From: Lama guanicoe
Taxonomy: Eukaryota
Assembly: GCA_013239625.1 (NCBI GenBank)
Contig: MU055783.1
Span: forward strand, 12,559,202-12,623,201
Reading direction: 5' to 3'
DNA length: 64,000 nt
Shown: one piece after another, positions 12,250 through 25,184 of the stretch
Layout of the letters: each line of letters opens with the position of its first letter
How positions within the stretch are numbered: position 1 is the stretch's first letter
Notes under the pieces: model-generated
The model's database searches: none
Seen by the model: the letters and a program-made list of their open reading frames with translations, nothing else
Told to the model about the DNA's origin: nothing
Program-made: the position numbers and the translations under genes

Positions 12250-12770
12250 CAGTAGACTACTCGACCAGCAATGGCTCCAGCAGTAAACACAGTCACTTCA
12301 CAGATCCTCAAGAGGCCCTGCTTCTCCTGTTTTTCTCCTCTGGCACCCTCAAAAGGCTGGCTGTCCTTCCATATGCCTGTCATCTCAAAGCCACACCATA
12401 ATTCTGAGCATCACACAGCCAGGAGTAAAGGAAGGGAAAAGGAGGAGCTGAGGCCACAGTGACAAGACATTCACATGCCTCTCTCCTTTCGACCAGTAAT
12501 GAAAATCATTTCCCCAAAACTCCTCAGGAAACCTCCTTCTATTCTAACTTTTTGCCATGAAAGAGAATTAGAAACAGAGTCATATGCAAAAAAAGGTCAA
12601 GAGGAATGAGACCTTAACATCTTGGTTAGAACAATTCTGACTTATTTTCTTGAACTGGTTGGGTAAAGGCTAACTTCTCTGAGATCTAGAACTGTCTACA
12701 ACTAGTACAAAATGAGGGTTCCTTTAAGGAAAGAAGAGGTAGCACCTGCTGAATGGCATCTGCCATAACT
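12250..12770 (-). mobile_element. Old MaLR LTR (MLT1K/L-like)
   Basis: catttccccaaaactcctcaggaaacctccttc and caaaatgagggttcctttaaggaaagaagagg...catctgccata match antisense old MLT1. Confidence 0.5.
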
Positions 12771-13289
12771 GGATTTTATTTTGCAGATTTATTTACAAAT
12801 ATTATTAGCATGCCCATTACTATTACTACTAGTAGTACCATCATTTTCATTGCCAGGAAATTCACTACACTAAATGCTTTATTTAATTTACACAATACTC
12901 TTCAAGGACTGAAAGGGCCAATAAAATTCATACAGTTAGACAGTGTTTGATTTCATCACAGGCCTGCATGATTCCAAAGCCCAAATCACTTCATGTTCGT
13001 ATGATGACCCATATTTCTACACATGGGTGAATCTTAAAAACAGCCCTCTTCACAGTTCAATCTTGGCATCGTCCCTATTATTTAATTCCATGCAGAAGGA
13101 TGCTTATCGAAAACGAAGGTAACTCGTTACTCTACCTTTGTACATAATTGTTTTTAAGTTGTGTAAAGACATGCATTACTTTTATCAAGTCCTCGAGGGA
13201 AAAAAAATTTCGATGATGCTACTAGGAAGTGATGGTAGCCCAGGAGTTCTCGTCCTGGGAGATTAAATAAAATGGTCTGTGTGTGCTTT

Positions 13290-13358
13290 ACAAACCCAAA
13301 GCTCAGTGCACAGTGAATGATCAATGAATGCTAGCTGAATGAATGAATGAATGAATGA
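13290..13358 (+). repeat. L2-type 3' tail with (GAAT)n
   Basis: gcacagtgaatgatcaatgaatgctagctgaatgaatgaatgaatgaatga. Confidence 0.65.
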
Positions 13359-14149
13359 GATTCAAAGACTCAGAAAGTTGTCAATTTGGATGCTTCTTTT
13401 GCAGCCTAGAATGGCTTATGAACATGTGTGCTGTGAATCAGCACAAGGGGAATAAATGGAAATATTTTTATGCAAACTTTGCAGATCACAGATGGGCAAC
13501 AGGATTTTGAGGTGGAAGACATAGGTTGGTTTGGGTTGGTTGCTATTGACCAAAAAAAAATATTTCATAAATATATTCCCCTTGATCTTTATTTTTCACA
13601 CCAGTATCATTACTTCCAAAGAGTATTCAGAGTGGTCTGGATTTGGATAAGCTGAATACATTTTAAAATAAATGTATGTTAAGTTATATTACTTTAAATA
13701 ATTAGAGTTAATATTTTTCAAGCATTTATGAAATACTGGGCCCTATGCTAAGATATTCAAATGTATTTCATTTAATTACCAGGATAACACTGTGAGATAG
13801 ACAGTCACTAGAGCTTTAGGTGGTCCAAAAACTAACACAAATGTCTTAGCAAGCCTGAGTTCTAAATTATAAGACAGATGAAACAATTAGATGGAGACCA
13901 AAATATTATTACATATCAGGCTGATCAAAGAACATGACTTTAGATCTGGAGGAAACAGCCCCACCCCATCGCAGGTAGCAATACACTACGGTTGTCTCCT
14001 GAAGGGTCAGGCTTCTTCAGTGACAAGACCACGAGCTGGCCCAAGTTCACGCTCCTTAAAAACGAGATCCACAAGAAGAACCCTCAGGGGGCTGAGAGGT
14101 GCATGCAGGCCTCCTTCCTTCTCGCATATTCAAAATCAGAGGAGATGCC

Positions 14150-14590
14150 TCTCTTGGGTCTGGTCCCCTGGAAAGAGACTCTGAGATAGAGATTTACCTG
14201 TAGGAGGTTCATTGGGGAGTTCCCTGGGGTTCCACGCCTATGAGGGACAGAAAGAAGTAGGAGTGGGCAGTGGGAGAGAAGTTGAAGTTCAATGCAATTG
14301 TAACTGAGGCCTCTGCAGATCCCCTGGGAGCTCTGGAGCAGAAGCCTCGCACAGTTGTCTTGGCTTAGTTAAGGCAGGAAGGCCTGGCCTTTGTACCCCT
14401 GCAGTGATCAGTCACTGGGTGCAGGCTGCAGGGAAGGTGACATAACTTGGGCAAGGCCATCCCTTCAGGTACAGGCCATTCTTGCAATGTGACTCAGCTG
14501 TGGCCTGTGGGCAGACCACAGCCTTGCAGGTGAAGAAGTGAATGTCTTGGTCCTAAGGGAGGAGACGGGCAGCTCAGCATTCATTAGGTG
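14150..14590 (-). mobile_element. ERVL solo LTR (LTR16 family)
   Basis: gagactctgagatagagatttacctgtaggaggttcattggggagt...gggcagtgggagagaagttgaa...gggagctctggagc...gcctttgtacccc...cataacttgggcaaggc is antisense to the LTR16-type consensus. Confidence 0.8.
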
Positions 14591-15829
14591 AGAAGCTCAC
14601 GGTGCTTTTCCAGTGGAGTTTCCTCCATATGGAAATAGGAATCAAGGGAAAAGGAGAATCTACAAGAATAGACATCACAACTGTACGCATCTTTACACAT
14701 GAATTAAAAAATTAATGAGAATACACAGCAGATGGTAAAGGTGGGAATTACAAATAATCTGAAGTCACTCTGTTGCACTGCTTGGTGCTCCAAAGCTCAG
14801 ATACTAAGTAGTTTACAAGGAAACAAGAAATAGGCGTACACTGATATATTATTAAAAATATCACATGGATTGTAAACACTTGGTTCATAATGAATGAAAA
14901 CAAAAAGAAACTGTCTAGCACAGTTTACTTTGGTCAATAATAGGATGTATATAAGCATATGTCTGAATATTAGTACTAATGTTTTCCATTTGAATTTGAT
15001 ATCTTGCTTGTGCTGACTCTTGACAGTTGTTAATAGTTGTAAGAAGTTCTCCCTTTGCACAGAATGAAAAGCTGTCTTTCTGTACGTTGTGCACACTGTT
15101 GAGAAATGCTAATTGTGCATCCCAGTCACCCGTGGAGCAGTACAAATACAGATGTCCAGACACTCCCACAAACCTACAGAAAATCAGAGGCTCCCAAGCT
15201 GGAATCCAAAGTCTGTTTTTTAGGGGTTTTTTTAAGACTCTTAGTTAATTCTGTTTTTTCTCCTAGTCACACACCACTGCTGTGGTGTGACACATATTTA
15301 ACTTATTTTTAATAACACTGAATAGACATTTACTGTGTGCATAATACATTAATCTCCTCTTACATATTATATATGCCCATGTGCTAACCTAAATTTCTAG
15401 GTCAAACAAGAATGTTCTTTCAAGCAATGCTCTGAAGTTGTGGTTTGTAGATTCAACATCCTGCCAGCACAGCTCAACCTCCCAGTGCTACAATTTAAAA
15501 ATATTTTTTGCCTTGTAACAAAATAACACTACATATACTGCAAACACTATAGATCTGGTCTAGGCTTTGCAACATCTTTGTACATGAAGTACCATAAACA
15601 TGGTTCCAAAGTCTAAAAGAAGTGGAAGATAAAAAAAAAAAATCTGAAATAGGGAGCTAAATACAACTTGCACCTTCACAGCTTAGAGCAATTCTTTGCT
15701 ATTTTTACATTGTAAGTCCACAGCCACTCTATTTGACATTTAAAAAGCATTTTAAATATTTACTTTGCAAACAAAATATAGTCACACTAACACATTCTAG
15801 GCGTATGTAGTGATTATTGGACAAGATGA

Positions 15830-15985
15830 ATGCCCACTATATGTAAGCTCCATGAGGATGGGTCTTAATTCTTTGGTTCCTGACTGCAGCCTTGGCATCT
15901 AGAACAGTGACAGGTGCACACTCCATGCTCCATCAATATTGTCAACTGATGCTCCACCAATATTGTCAACTGAATGAATGAACAT
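15830..15985 (+). mobile_element. L2 3' end containing a 24-bp tandem duplication
   Basis: atgtaagctccatgagg...tagaacagtgacagg...tgaatgaatgaa; atgctccaYcaatattgtcaactg twice at 15925-15972. Confidence 0.75.
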
Positions 15986-16099
15986 CAGAGCAGAATATGA
16001 GTGAAGAGCAATTTATGCAAGTGACTATTAACTCATATCCAATCAGTTCATAAACAGAGGGGCCACAGTAGCAAGGATAGACCATCACGTTCCTAGGAT

Positions 16100-16750
16100 G
16101 AAAAAGATGGGGAGCTGACTTGGTGTATTTGTATAATCAGATAAAGTCAAGCGCTGGAAGGCTGAGGTCAGCTGCTACAATGAAAAGTCATGATCTCTCA
16201 CTCATATGCCATATCTGAGTCAGTTCTCATGCCAGAGCTCCCTGACTGAAGGAGAGGCCATGTTCTCTGGAGGAGAAAGTCTGGAACCAAATCAAGTATG
16301 TACAATAATCATCCCCCTATTTCTTCCCCAAAGGGAACCGTAGATATTTATCACAGTATCTATATCCTGGGAAGGGACAACACACAGATCATTCCAGGGT
16401 TGATGACTATACACGCCGTTGCAAGGTCTGAACTACTACAAATATCTAGAACCAGAAATACAAACACGATCTTTGGTTATATCAGGTGCTTTCGGAGGCC
16501 AAAAAATAAATCAAATCCTGGCCCAAGTCCATCTCACAGTGGATCCAAAGGGCCCATGGACCCACCCTGAGGTTACTTCCCCAGTCCTTGAGTGCATAAT
16601 TGAGATGAGTATGCTTATTAGCTGGCAGAATTTTCACACTGGTTCCCTGAAATAAAAATAAGCAACACTGTGGTAGCAAGTACTGTGTGGAAGCCCCTTA
16701 AATTACACCCACCCACTTGCAAAAAGAATAAATCAGAAGTGATTTCACAG
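16100..16750 (+). mobile_element. ERVL internal relic, gag end and protease
   Basis: ORF 16419-16655 contains GGQKINQILAQVHLTVDPKGPWTHPEVTSPVLECIIEMSMLISWQNFHTGSL, matching the HERVL/MERVL-type protease GGQVINGVLAQVHLTVGP..THPVVISPVPECIIG..WQNPHIGSL. Confidence 0.85.
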
Positions 16751-16769
16751 TCTAGGTAAAATCATCTAT

Positions 16770-17215
16770 AAGTTGAGCTACTACCAAAGATATGTCGAAT
16801 AATATGGCATTTTAAAGCTTGTATATGGTGCCCATGGTGGCGGATTGATAGGCAAGGAAGGAGAAACCATATCCAACACATGCATTAATTCCAGCAGCAA
16901 TAAATGTTTGCCCCCTTCAAAGTGGAAAGGGCTTGATATAATTAATCTGCCACCAAGGTACTGGTTAGTCTCCCTGAGGAACAGTGACATATCAATTAGC
17001 ACTGATCCCTGAGGCTGGCACCCTGGCCACCCAGGAGAAGCTGTAGTTAGATCAGCCTTGATAAAAGGGAGCCCATAATGGTTAACTCATGCATTGCTTC
17101 CCCTCGGCCACCCCCTGTTACCTGGATTCTCTGTTCATAGATCCACTAAGCAAGTTCTGGGATGGCTAAGGAAAGCACTGACTGATATCCATAGAACAGG
17201 TTATCCTCATTCTTG
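16770..17215 (-). mobile_element. ERVL internal relic, integrase region (inverted)
   Basis: Minus strand ttggtggcagattaattatatcaagccc...ggaattaatgcatgtgttggatatggtttctccttccttgcctat matches ERVL integrase WQxDYI..GIDTxSGYGFAFPA; frameshifted. Confidence 0.75.
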
Positions 17216-17333
17216 TATAGAGCATCTTTTTTGGATGTCACCTGCCATCACTTTGAGGGCTGTATGGTGAATTAGATTTAATTAGGGTAACCCATTGAAT
17301 TAGGGCACAAGTTCAAGGCATGAACTGCATCAG

Positions 17334-17894
17334 ACATGCCTTTTGTCCAGTTCACATCCTTTCCAATCCCCCCTTTTCACTCCAGCACTCCAGCCATTGT
17401 CGCTAGGGCACCCAGGGCACTCAGCTATGAAGAGGTGGAATCTGACGGCATGCTACCGCAACTGTGTCACATAAGCTCTGCTTTCTGTCCTGGGACTTCT
17501 TTAAACCAATCACTTCTACTACTTGCAGGGTCCCTCTCAGCTATTTTGATGTGCAAACCTCAGTGAGAAGGAGTTGGTTAATATACTACGGGGCAAGCCT
17601 TGATCAAGGGGGGAAATGAATCTATGTATAAATACTTCCTTCTTCTGTCTGGCAGGCGGACAATTCTGAGGGGCGCTCTACGCAACTCAAAAAGTCTCCA
17701 GCGAGATCAAGCCCCTGTTGTCCATAGCAGACACCGGTGGTAACACATCCTTAAATGGGCCTTCTATCCTAAATCATTCTGTCACCCCTCCCCTTCCCCT
17801 AATCCTATTCCTTAGGGTCACTTCCTAAAATAAACAGCCATCATGGAAGCCTTTGTTTCTGGCTCTGTACTTTGGAGGAACCTAGACTAAGACA
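17334..17894 (+). mobile_element. ERVL LTR (LTR33-like)
   Basis: gacaattctgagg...atcaagcccctgttgtccatagc...gggtcacttcctaaaataaac...ggaacctagactaagaca terminus. Confidence 0.75.
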
Positions 17895-18942
17895 GAGTCC
17901 TTTCCCAGTTTATAGAAAGAAGTTCAATAGGAGGGCAGGAGGCCCTGTTCAAATGAAAGGGAAGAGGTCAAAATTAAAATGGCAATAGTGTACAAAAAGG
18001 AGAGAAAATGTATTTTGCAACTTACAAGTTTTGCTTTGAGATGATCCTCTGAATTTTACTTGCGTGTCTACAGGGAGAAAAAAAAAAAAGTCTTCCATGT
18101 CTAAACACTGGGAAATTGAATGGGAATACTGCCCTAAAGCACAGACTCCTTGATAAAGAAAAACCCTGCAAATAGGGAGGTATGCTTTAGTATTTTTTCT
18201 CTCTCCATTCCCCCTGCCCTCTTCATGTCCAGAAACCATGCCCACAAAGCCCATTTTTGTACCAGAGCTCATCCCCACTTCTTCCTTTACTTTTCCAAAA
18301 GCCCCCACCCTCATTCCAGGCTCTCAGAGTTTTATACCTGATCCTTCTTACCCCAATGTATCGACTACTACTCTGTCATATTTCTAAAATATCAGTCTGC
18401 TCATTTTGCTGATCTGAAGCTTCATGGCCTTCTCCACTTCAGAATAACGTAAACAATCATTCTCATGCAAAAAAAAATTTATTAATCACATACTAAATGT
18501 TGGGCACCCTAGCCAGGCGCTAGGGATGAAATGCTGAGCAAAGCAGGTATCAACACCAGTCTCCCCTACATTGTTAACTATTCTCTCATAGTACTCCTAA
18601 ATCTTCAGCCCAGTTCAGTGTAAAGATTCTTCGGTCTCAGGACACATGATATTCCAGTCTCTATTTTAAATGTTTCTGCTGACTAAGAACCACTCCGTGT
18701 CTTCCCTCTGCTTATCTTAAGGTCATTCTTTATCCCTAATATGTATCTGTTCTCTAGAGTCTGACCAAATCTGTCTGCCTTCATGGACTGTTTCCTTCTT
18801 GAAGTTTTACTGTACTCACTGCCCTTACTATGCTCTTAGCTGGTCCTTAGCATGTGCACAGGCACCTGAAAAAGATGGATCTTTTATATGTAAGCATTTG
18901 TTATATATACTCTTTTATTTTTATCCTCCCATCTTTAAAAAA

Positions 18943-19177
18943 TTTTTTTTAATTTTTATAAAATTTTTAAAGGTTACTTTCCATTTACAGTTATTACAAA
19001 ATATTGGCTATATTCCTTGTGTTGTACAATACATCCTTGAGCCTGTCTTACACCCAGTAGTTTGTGCCTCCAACCTCCCACCCCTATGTTGCCCCTCCCC
19101 CTACTGGTAACCACCAGTTTGTTCTGTGTATCTGTGAGTCTGCTTCTTTTTTGTTCTGGCCACTAGTTTGTTGTATA
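18943..19177 (-). mobile_element. Lineage-specific L1 3' end
   Basis: Poly-T then acagttattacaaaatattggctatattcc...ctggtaaccaccagtttgttctgtgtatctgtgagtctgcttct; imperfect TSD catctttaaaa/cattcttaaaa. Confidence 0.85.
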
Positions 19178-20911
19178 CATTCTTAAAACTCGCCCCTCAT
19201 TATATTCTATTTTCCCCATTAATTTATAAAATAAATATAATCTTGGATACAGGTTCATTTTACATTGGCATGCAGGAGAGTCATAATTTTTGAAATCACC
19301 CCTTAATACAATATAAAATCCAATCTAGATCAATGCTATGTCTCATACACTAAAGTTTCTCCTTTCCCGCTGCTTGGGTTAGGAAACAGGCAATGGGGCA
19401 GGAGTTGAGGGCATAATGGCCTCTTCTCTATTTGCTCATCTTGTTCCTCTAGTCCTCCTCCTTGTCCAGCAGGACGGCTCTGGCTGCTCCAGAAGTGGAG
19501 AATGGCGGGGAGAGGAAGTGAGGGTCAGGAAAGGCCTTGCTTGACTGACAGAGTCATCATCTGTATTGGGGCCCTTGGAGTTGGCCAACTGGAAGCTAGT
19601 CTCATATCAAGACATTTTGGGAGTCCTCAGAGACCCTGTTCCTGGGGGTTTCTTCCCTGATGTAGGCGACATCTTCTCTTGTCTCTTATCTTCAAATGGC
19701 GGGTCCTTCATCTGGCTTCAAGATTAGGAAGGCCTATCCCTTCCTCCTTCTTAATAGGATGTAGGAATCACTCAGTATACTTACAAGTCTTTCCCAAAAT
19801 AGTCATATTCAGACTGCTCTCAAGAATTCTTAGCTCTCTAAGAGACTATTACACAGCCTAGACTTGATGTGGGGGAAAAAGCTAATCCTGGGAGGAATTT
19901 TTTTTTCCCACTCCCATTGCATTTCCTACGTTGATAGCCAAGCACTTCAATGTAGACTTCGAGGTATTTAACAGTTTCACATCTATTCTCCTCATTTCTG
20001 AGAACTCGGCTAAAACTCCAAGACAAGACCATTTTAGCATTCTTTCATGCATGCATAAACTTCCACATCGCTTGTCTTTAAAATAAAGGGTACTCTGCAT
20101 AGGGGTCTGCAACCTGCTCTTTTCACTTAACATGTCTTTGATGACTGTTCATATTTCACATTTCCTTTGGTCAACAACTTTAGGCATAATATAATAATGG
20201 TATAGGGATATCAAACATACATACACCTTGCTGATCCATACACATAAACAGGAGAAGTCATTAGAAAATTCTGCAGATTTCAGAACTTTCCATTTTTCAT
20301 AATGAGTGTCATCCATGTCACTGGTGAGATTAAAAGCTCAGCTCTTAATTGTGACTGTCAGGATTATCACATGAGTGACAGGGGAAAAAAGTTGTCAAAG
20401 ACCAAATTTCAGACAACTGAGCTTCTAGGCCATGATGAGCCACCTTGTACAGAAAACGTGGGTCAAGGAGCAAAGCTGTGGATTAAAAAAATATCATGAT
20501 TGTGTGTATTCTGAAGTTTGAGAAAGTAGAATAGAGAATGATGGTTAATTCATTGTTTACTACCTGCATGCCGCCATGCTGTTTGTGTGTATTTATCATT
20601 TAATACTTTCACCAGTCGTCTTCTCTCACTTGCCCGTCATTGCACAACTCCAGTCAAACCAACATCTTCAGAACTTTGCACATGCTGATTCCTCCAGCTG
20701 GATTGTTCTTCCCAGACAGATGCATAGCTCCTATCCTTACTTCATTCACAAATTTGGTCATTGTCACCTTTTTTTAAAACACTGTATAAAATAGCACTTC
20801 TGGCCTCATAGCATTCATTATCCTTCTACGCTACTTAATTTTTTCCCATGCAATTTATGGCTATCAGACACTTTTGCCCCCTTTAGTTTCTTTGGATTAA
20901 AAAAAAAAAAC

Positions 20912-21350
20912 TGAAAAGCACCTAAAGATGGGGACCCTCATCTTTAGGTTGAGGTGCTGGAAGGGTAGATGCCTAAACAGTGCATGGGAGGTCCTCACCC
21001 TTTCCCCATGCCTTGCCCTACACGTCTCTTCTGTCTGGTTATTCCTGAGTTATACGTAAAATGCTTCTCTGAGTTCTGTGAGCTGCTCAAGAAAATCAAA
21101 TGAACCCAAGGAAGAGGTTGTAGAAACCTCTGACCTGTAGCCAGCAGTCTTCAGAAGTACAGGTGACAATCTGAGCTTACGAATGGCATCTGGAGGGGGT
21201 GGTGCGGGGCAGGGGTAACACCAGTCTTGTGGGACTGAGCCTTGAACCTGTGGAATCTGATCCTACCTCCAGGTAGAAAATGTCAGGGTTGAGTTGAATT
21301 GTAGGACATCCAGCTGGTATGCTGAGGATTGCTCTTTGGTGTGGGGAAGC
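20912..21350 (+). mobile_element. MER21-type LTR fragment
   Basis: ccccatgccttgccctacacgtctcttc...ctctgagttctgtgagctgctc...cagaagtacaggtgacaatct...cagtcttgtgggactgagcc...ttgaattgtaggacatccagctggt. Confidence 0.8.
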
Positions 21351-21494
21351 CTCTCTCTCTCTCTCTATATATATATGTACGAAATGGGTCTGGGAATCTA
21401 ATTTAAGCCCTATGACCAAAGGATGATAAAACATCAATTACAAAATTGATGAACGTTGATTAGAACATAGAAGATCCAATGAAAAGCACTTTAA

Positions 21495-21810
21495 ATAGTT
21501 GTTAATTACCTCATGTGCTAGGAGCTGTGAAGGTAGAGAAATTACAGGAGTGGGTCTGAAATACCACCAAGGCCAAGGTCCCTCTGCTTGTCACTCTGCC
21601 ATCCACAGCAAGCCTCAGCATGTCGACTTCTTGCCTCAGATTTGCCTTCTTCATGCTCACAAAATCACTGCCACATCTCTAGGGCTCTATCCTTGTTAAG
21701 TGTTACCTCACGTGCCTTTTTCCATTGGACAACTCGGTTGCCAGAAATATATGAAAATCAGGTTTGGTTAGCAAGGAAAATGGTGTGAATGGTTGCTTAA
21801 CAGGCAACAA
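21495..21810 (-). mobile_element. Old MaLR LTR (MLT1J/K-like)
   Basis: ctctgccatcc...tcatgctcacaaaatcactgccacatctctagg and aaaatcaggtttggttagcaaggaaaatgg...aggcaac. Confidence 0.45.
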
Positions 21811-23056
21811 ATGGTATCTGCTGGAGTCAACGTGCTTGGTTTGCATCCTTATCACTAAGTAGTTTTCAGTGTCTGGGGGTCGACAAAGGGACAAAGGACT
21901 GTGAAAATGAGAATGTCTTCCATGTAGTTAAGGTGATTAAGGGATATATTTAAAACAACATCCTAATTCCTTCACCAAAATGGTATACAGGATGGGTAAA
22001 ATTAGTAAAAATCTAATTTTTTGGCTGAATTTATATGACAATATAATTAATTAATTGGGTTAATTCATTGAAAGCCACAGGAAATGGTAAATTTGGTGTC
22101 AGAGAAAATACCACTGAATTAATTATTTCACAGTCTTGACCAATTTTTATAATATTAAATAGAGTGTTATCTTGAGTAATAGAAGATCACTATCATGAGC
22201 TTTTAGATCACTATCACGACATTTTAAATGAGGTCCTACCTATAATTAAATTGGAAATTTACTATAATTTCTGTCTCTTGTTCAGGCTTAGCCATATTAC
22301 CACCAGACTGTGAGATTTTGTTTGTTTAATGTTATCTTTCCACAAGGGCCCCAAACAATAATTTATATAATTTACATTCTTGTATATCATCTGGAGAGAG
22401 AACATTTCCAGTAGGAATGATTCCTTCATTGTCAGGACTTAATGGGGTATATTAAAGAAGAATGTAGATTAATAGAAACTTTAAGGACACTTTCCTTCAA
22501 ACTTGCATAGAAAAGAAAATCAGATTTGTTAAATAAGAGAACTTTTAATAATCTTGAAAGAAATAAAACAGTCGCTCAGCTCCATAGCAGGGAGCAATGC
22601 CTTCCCCCACAAAAAGTCTACATTTAAATGTAAAACCGTATAGCATTTCAATTCTTGAGAACTGTTCAAAAATACCAAGTGTGTCAGTAAGAAAATGTGA
22701 GCCCTATCCTATGTTAAAACAGTTCATATGCCAAAATTTACAAGAAGAAAAAAGGTAATAAAGCTCAATTTAAATTTCTACTCGTTGTTTCAACATAGTT
22801 GCTCTGTTATGGCCCAAAATATTCCAACAGCTATTACACAACAGGTATAGAATGCAATGTGCCCTTTATGCAAACTGTCTGTTGATGAATAGCAAATGGA
22901 GGAAAATTGAAGACAAATTTTAAGAACAATGAAAAGGAGTGTAGTTGTTTCACACTAAGCGTGATAGGTTTCCATCACATATTTAGACTGTATTGGTTAG
23001 AGTCCAGTTACAAAAACAAAACCCATGTTAGGTATTTCAAAAAAAAAATCGAACTG

Positions 23057-23962
23057 AGGATTCAGATCAAGATGGCAAAGTAGGAGGATGTGAAGCTCAC
23101 CTCTCTTCACAAACACATCAAAAATACACCTCCATGTGAACAGTTCTCCCTGAAAATGAACTGGAGGCTTGCAGAAAGACACTTATACAACCATGTCTGT
23201 AAGAAAGGTACACACAATATTGAGTAGGAAGGGAAGAGAAATGATCAGGTCAAGAAATGTACCCCTGGGAGGGGACACAGAAGAGGAAGGGGATCCTCCC
23301 TGGGAGTGAAGGGTTTGAGCCATTAGGTACCCCAGCCCAACAATGGGAAGACAAGTCCCCTAGCTGGTTAGAAAACCAGTGGGAGTAAAAGGAGGGCTGT
23401 AAGAAACAGACTCTACTTGTGAAGAGAACACACACACTTGATTACTCCTGAAAAAAAGTGAAGAAAACAGATTGAAACTGCACTGGACCCTGGCCGGTTT
23501 CCTGCAATCACCCCAGCACATATTCCAGCCTAAGCCAAGCACCTACTTGGGCTCCTCTTGTTTCACCAAGGTAACTGTTTCATCAAATCTCATAGAGACA
23601 GAGAAAGTTAAGCAAAATGAGAAGACAGAAAGAAATTTGTTTCAATTGAAAGAGCCAGAGAACCCCCTTGATAAAAGAAATAATAAAACAAAAACAAATA
23701 ACTTACCAGATAAAGAGTTCAAAGCATTTGTAATAAGAATGCTAACTGAATTAGAGAGAAGAATAAATGAACAAATGGAGAATTTTAAAAAGGAACAAGA
23801 AAATATAAAGAAGGACCAGTCAGAACTGAAGAATACAATAACTAAAATGAAAAACACACTAGAAGGAATTAACAAAAGACTAAGTAAGTGATACAGAAAA
23901 ATGCATAAGTGATCTGGAAAACAGAATATGAGAAATCACCCCATCAGAACAGCAAAAAGGAA
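23057..23962 (+). mobile_element. Older L1 5' UTR and ORF1 N-terminal half, interrupted by a nested L1
   Basis: gatcaagatggc 5' end with YY1 site; ORF 23472-23891 contains NNLPDKEFKAFVIRMLTELERRINEQMENFKKEQENIKKDQSELKNTITKMKNTLEGINKRL, the L1 ORF1p coiled coil. Confidence 0.9.
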
Positions 23963-25184
23963 CAAGATACAGTAAACCTCCTAGAAGAAAATACAGGCAA
24001 AACATTATCTCACATACATCTCAAAAATGTTCTCCTAGGGCAGTCTACCCAGGCAATAGAAATAAAAGCAAGAATAAACAAATGGGACCTAATGAAACTT
24101 ACAAGCTTCTGCACAGCAAAGGAAACCAGAAGTAAAACAAGAAGAAAACCTACGGAATGGGAGAAAGTTTTTGCAAATGATGAAACTGACAAAGGCTTGA
24201 TCTCCCGAATATATAAGCAGTTCATACAACTTAATAAGAAAAAAACAAACAACCCAATCCAAAAATGGGCCAAAGACCTAAACAAGCAATTCTCTTAAGA
24301 AAAAATACAGATGATCAATAGGCAAATGAAAAAATGCTCAATATCACTAATTATCAGAGAAATGCAAATCAAAACTACAATGAGGTATCACCTCTCACCA
24401 GTCAGAATGGCCATCATNNNNNNNNNNNNNNNNNNNNNNNNNNNNNNNNNNNNNNNNNNNNNNNNNNNNNNNNNNNNNNNNNNNNNNNNNNNNNNNNNNN
24501 NNNNNNNNNNNNNNNNNNNNNNNNNNNNNNNNNNNNNNNNNNNNNNNNNNNNNTTACCATATGACCCAGGAATCCTGCTCCTGGGCATATATCCAGAAGG
24601 AACCCTACTTCAAAANNNNNNNNNNNNNNNNNNNNNNNNNNNNNNNNNNNNNNNNNNNNNNNNNNNNNNNNNNNNNNNNNNNNNNNNNNNNNNNNNNNNN
24701 NNNNNNNNNNNNNNNNNNNNNNNNNNNNNNNNNNNNNNNNNNNNNNNNNNNNNNNNNNNNNNNNNNNNNNTTCCTGAGAATGTCATTCTAAGTGAAGTAA
24801 GACAGAAATAGAAAGAAAAATGCCATATGAGATCACTCATATGTGGAATCTAAAAAAAAAGAACAAAAAGAACATAAATACAAAACAGAAAGACTCATAG
24901 ACATAGAATACAAACTTGTGGTTGCTAAGGGGGCAGGGGGTGGGAAGGGACAGCCTGGAATTTCAAAATTTGTAGATAGTAACAGGCATATGCAGAATAG
25001 ATAAACAAGATTATACTGCATAGCACAGGGAAATACATACAAGATCTTGTGGTAGCTCACAGTGAAAAAAAATGTGACAATGAAAATATGTATGTTCACG
25101 TATAACTGAAAAATTGTGCTCTACACTGGAATTTGACACAACATTGTAAAATGACTATAACTCAATAAAAAATATTTTAAAAAA
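23963..25184 (+). mobile_element. Young 5'-truncated L1 (ORF2 C-terminus, 3' UTR, A-tail) with 17-bp TSD
   Basis: [85 protein letters not shown] is the ORF2p C-terminus; premature stop at 24296-24298; TSD agaacagcaaaaaggaa at 23946-23962 and 25185-25201. Confidence 0.95.

Noticed and set aside
13494-13533. Plus-strand mini-exon ITDGQQDFEVEDI with a gttggt donor
   Set aside because: Weak splice sites, unrecognised peptide and no supporting neighbouring exons
23909-24298. Apparent ORF1-ORF2 fusion protein across the nested-L1 junction
   Set aside because: The N-terminal residues are an off-frame reading of ORF1, the ORF1 frame does not join ORF2, and both carry premature stops
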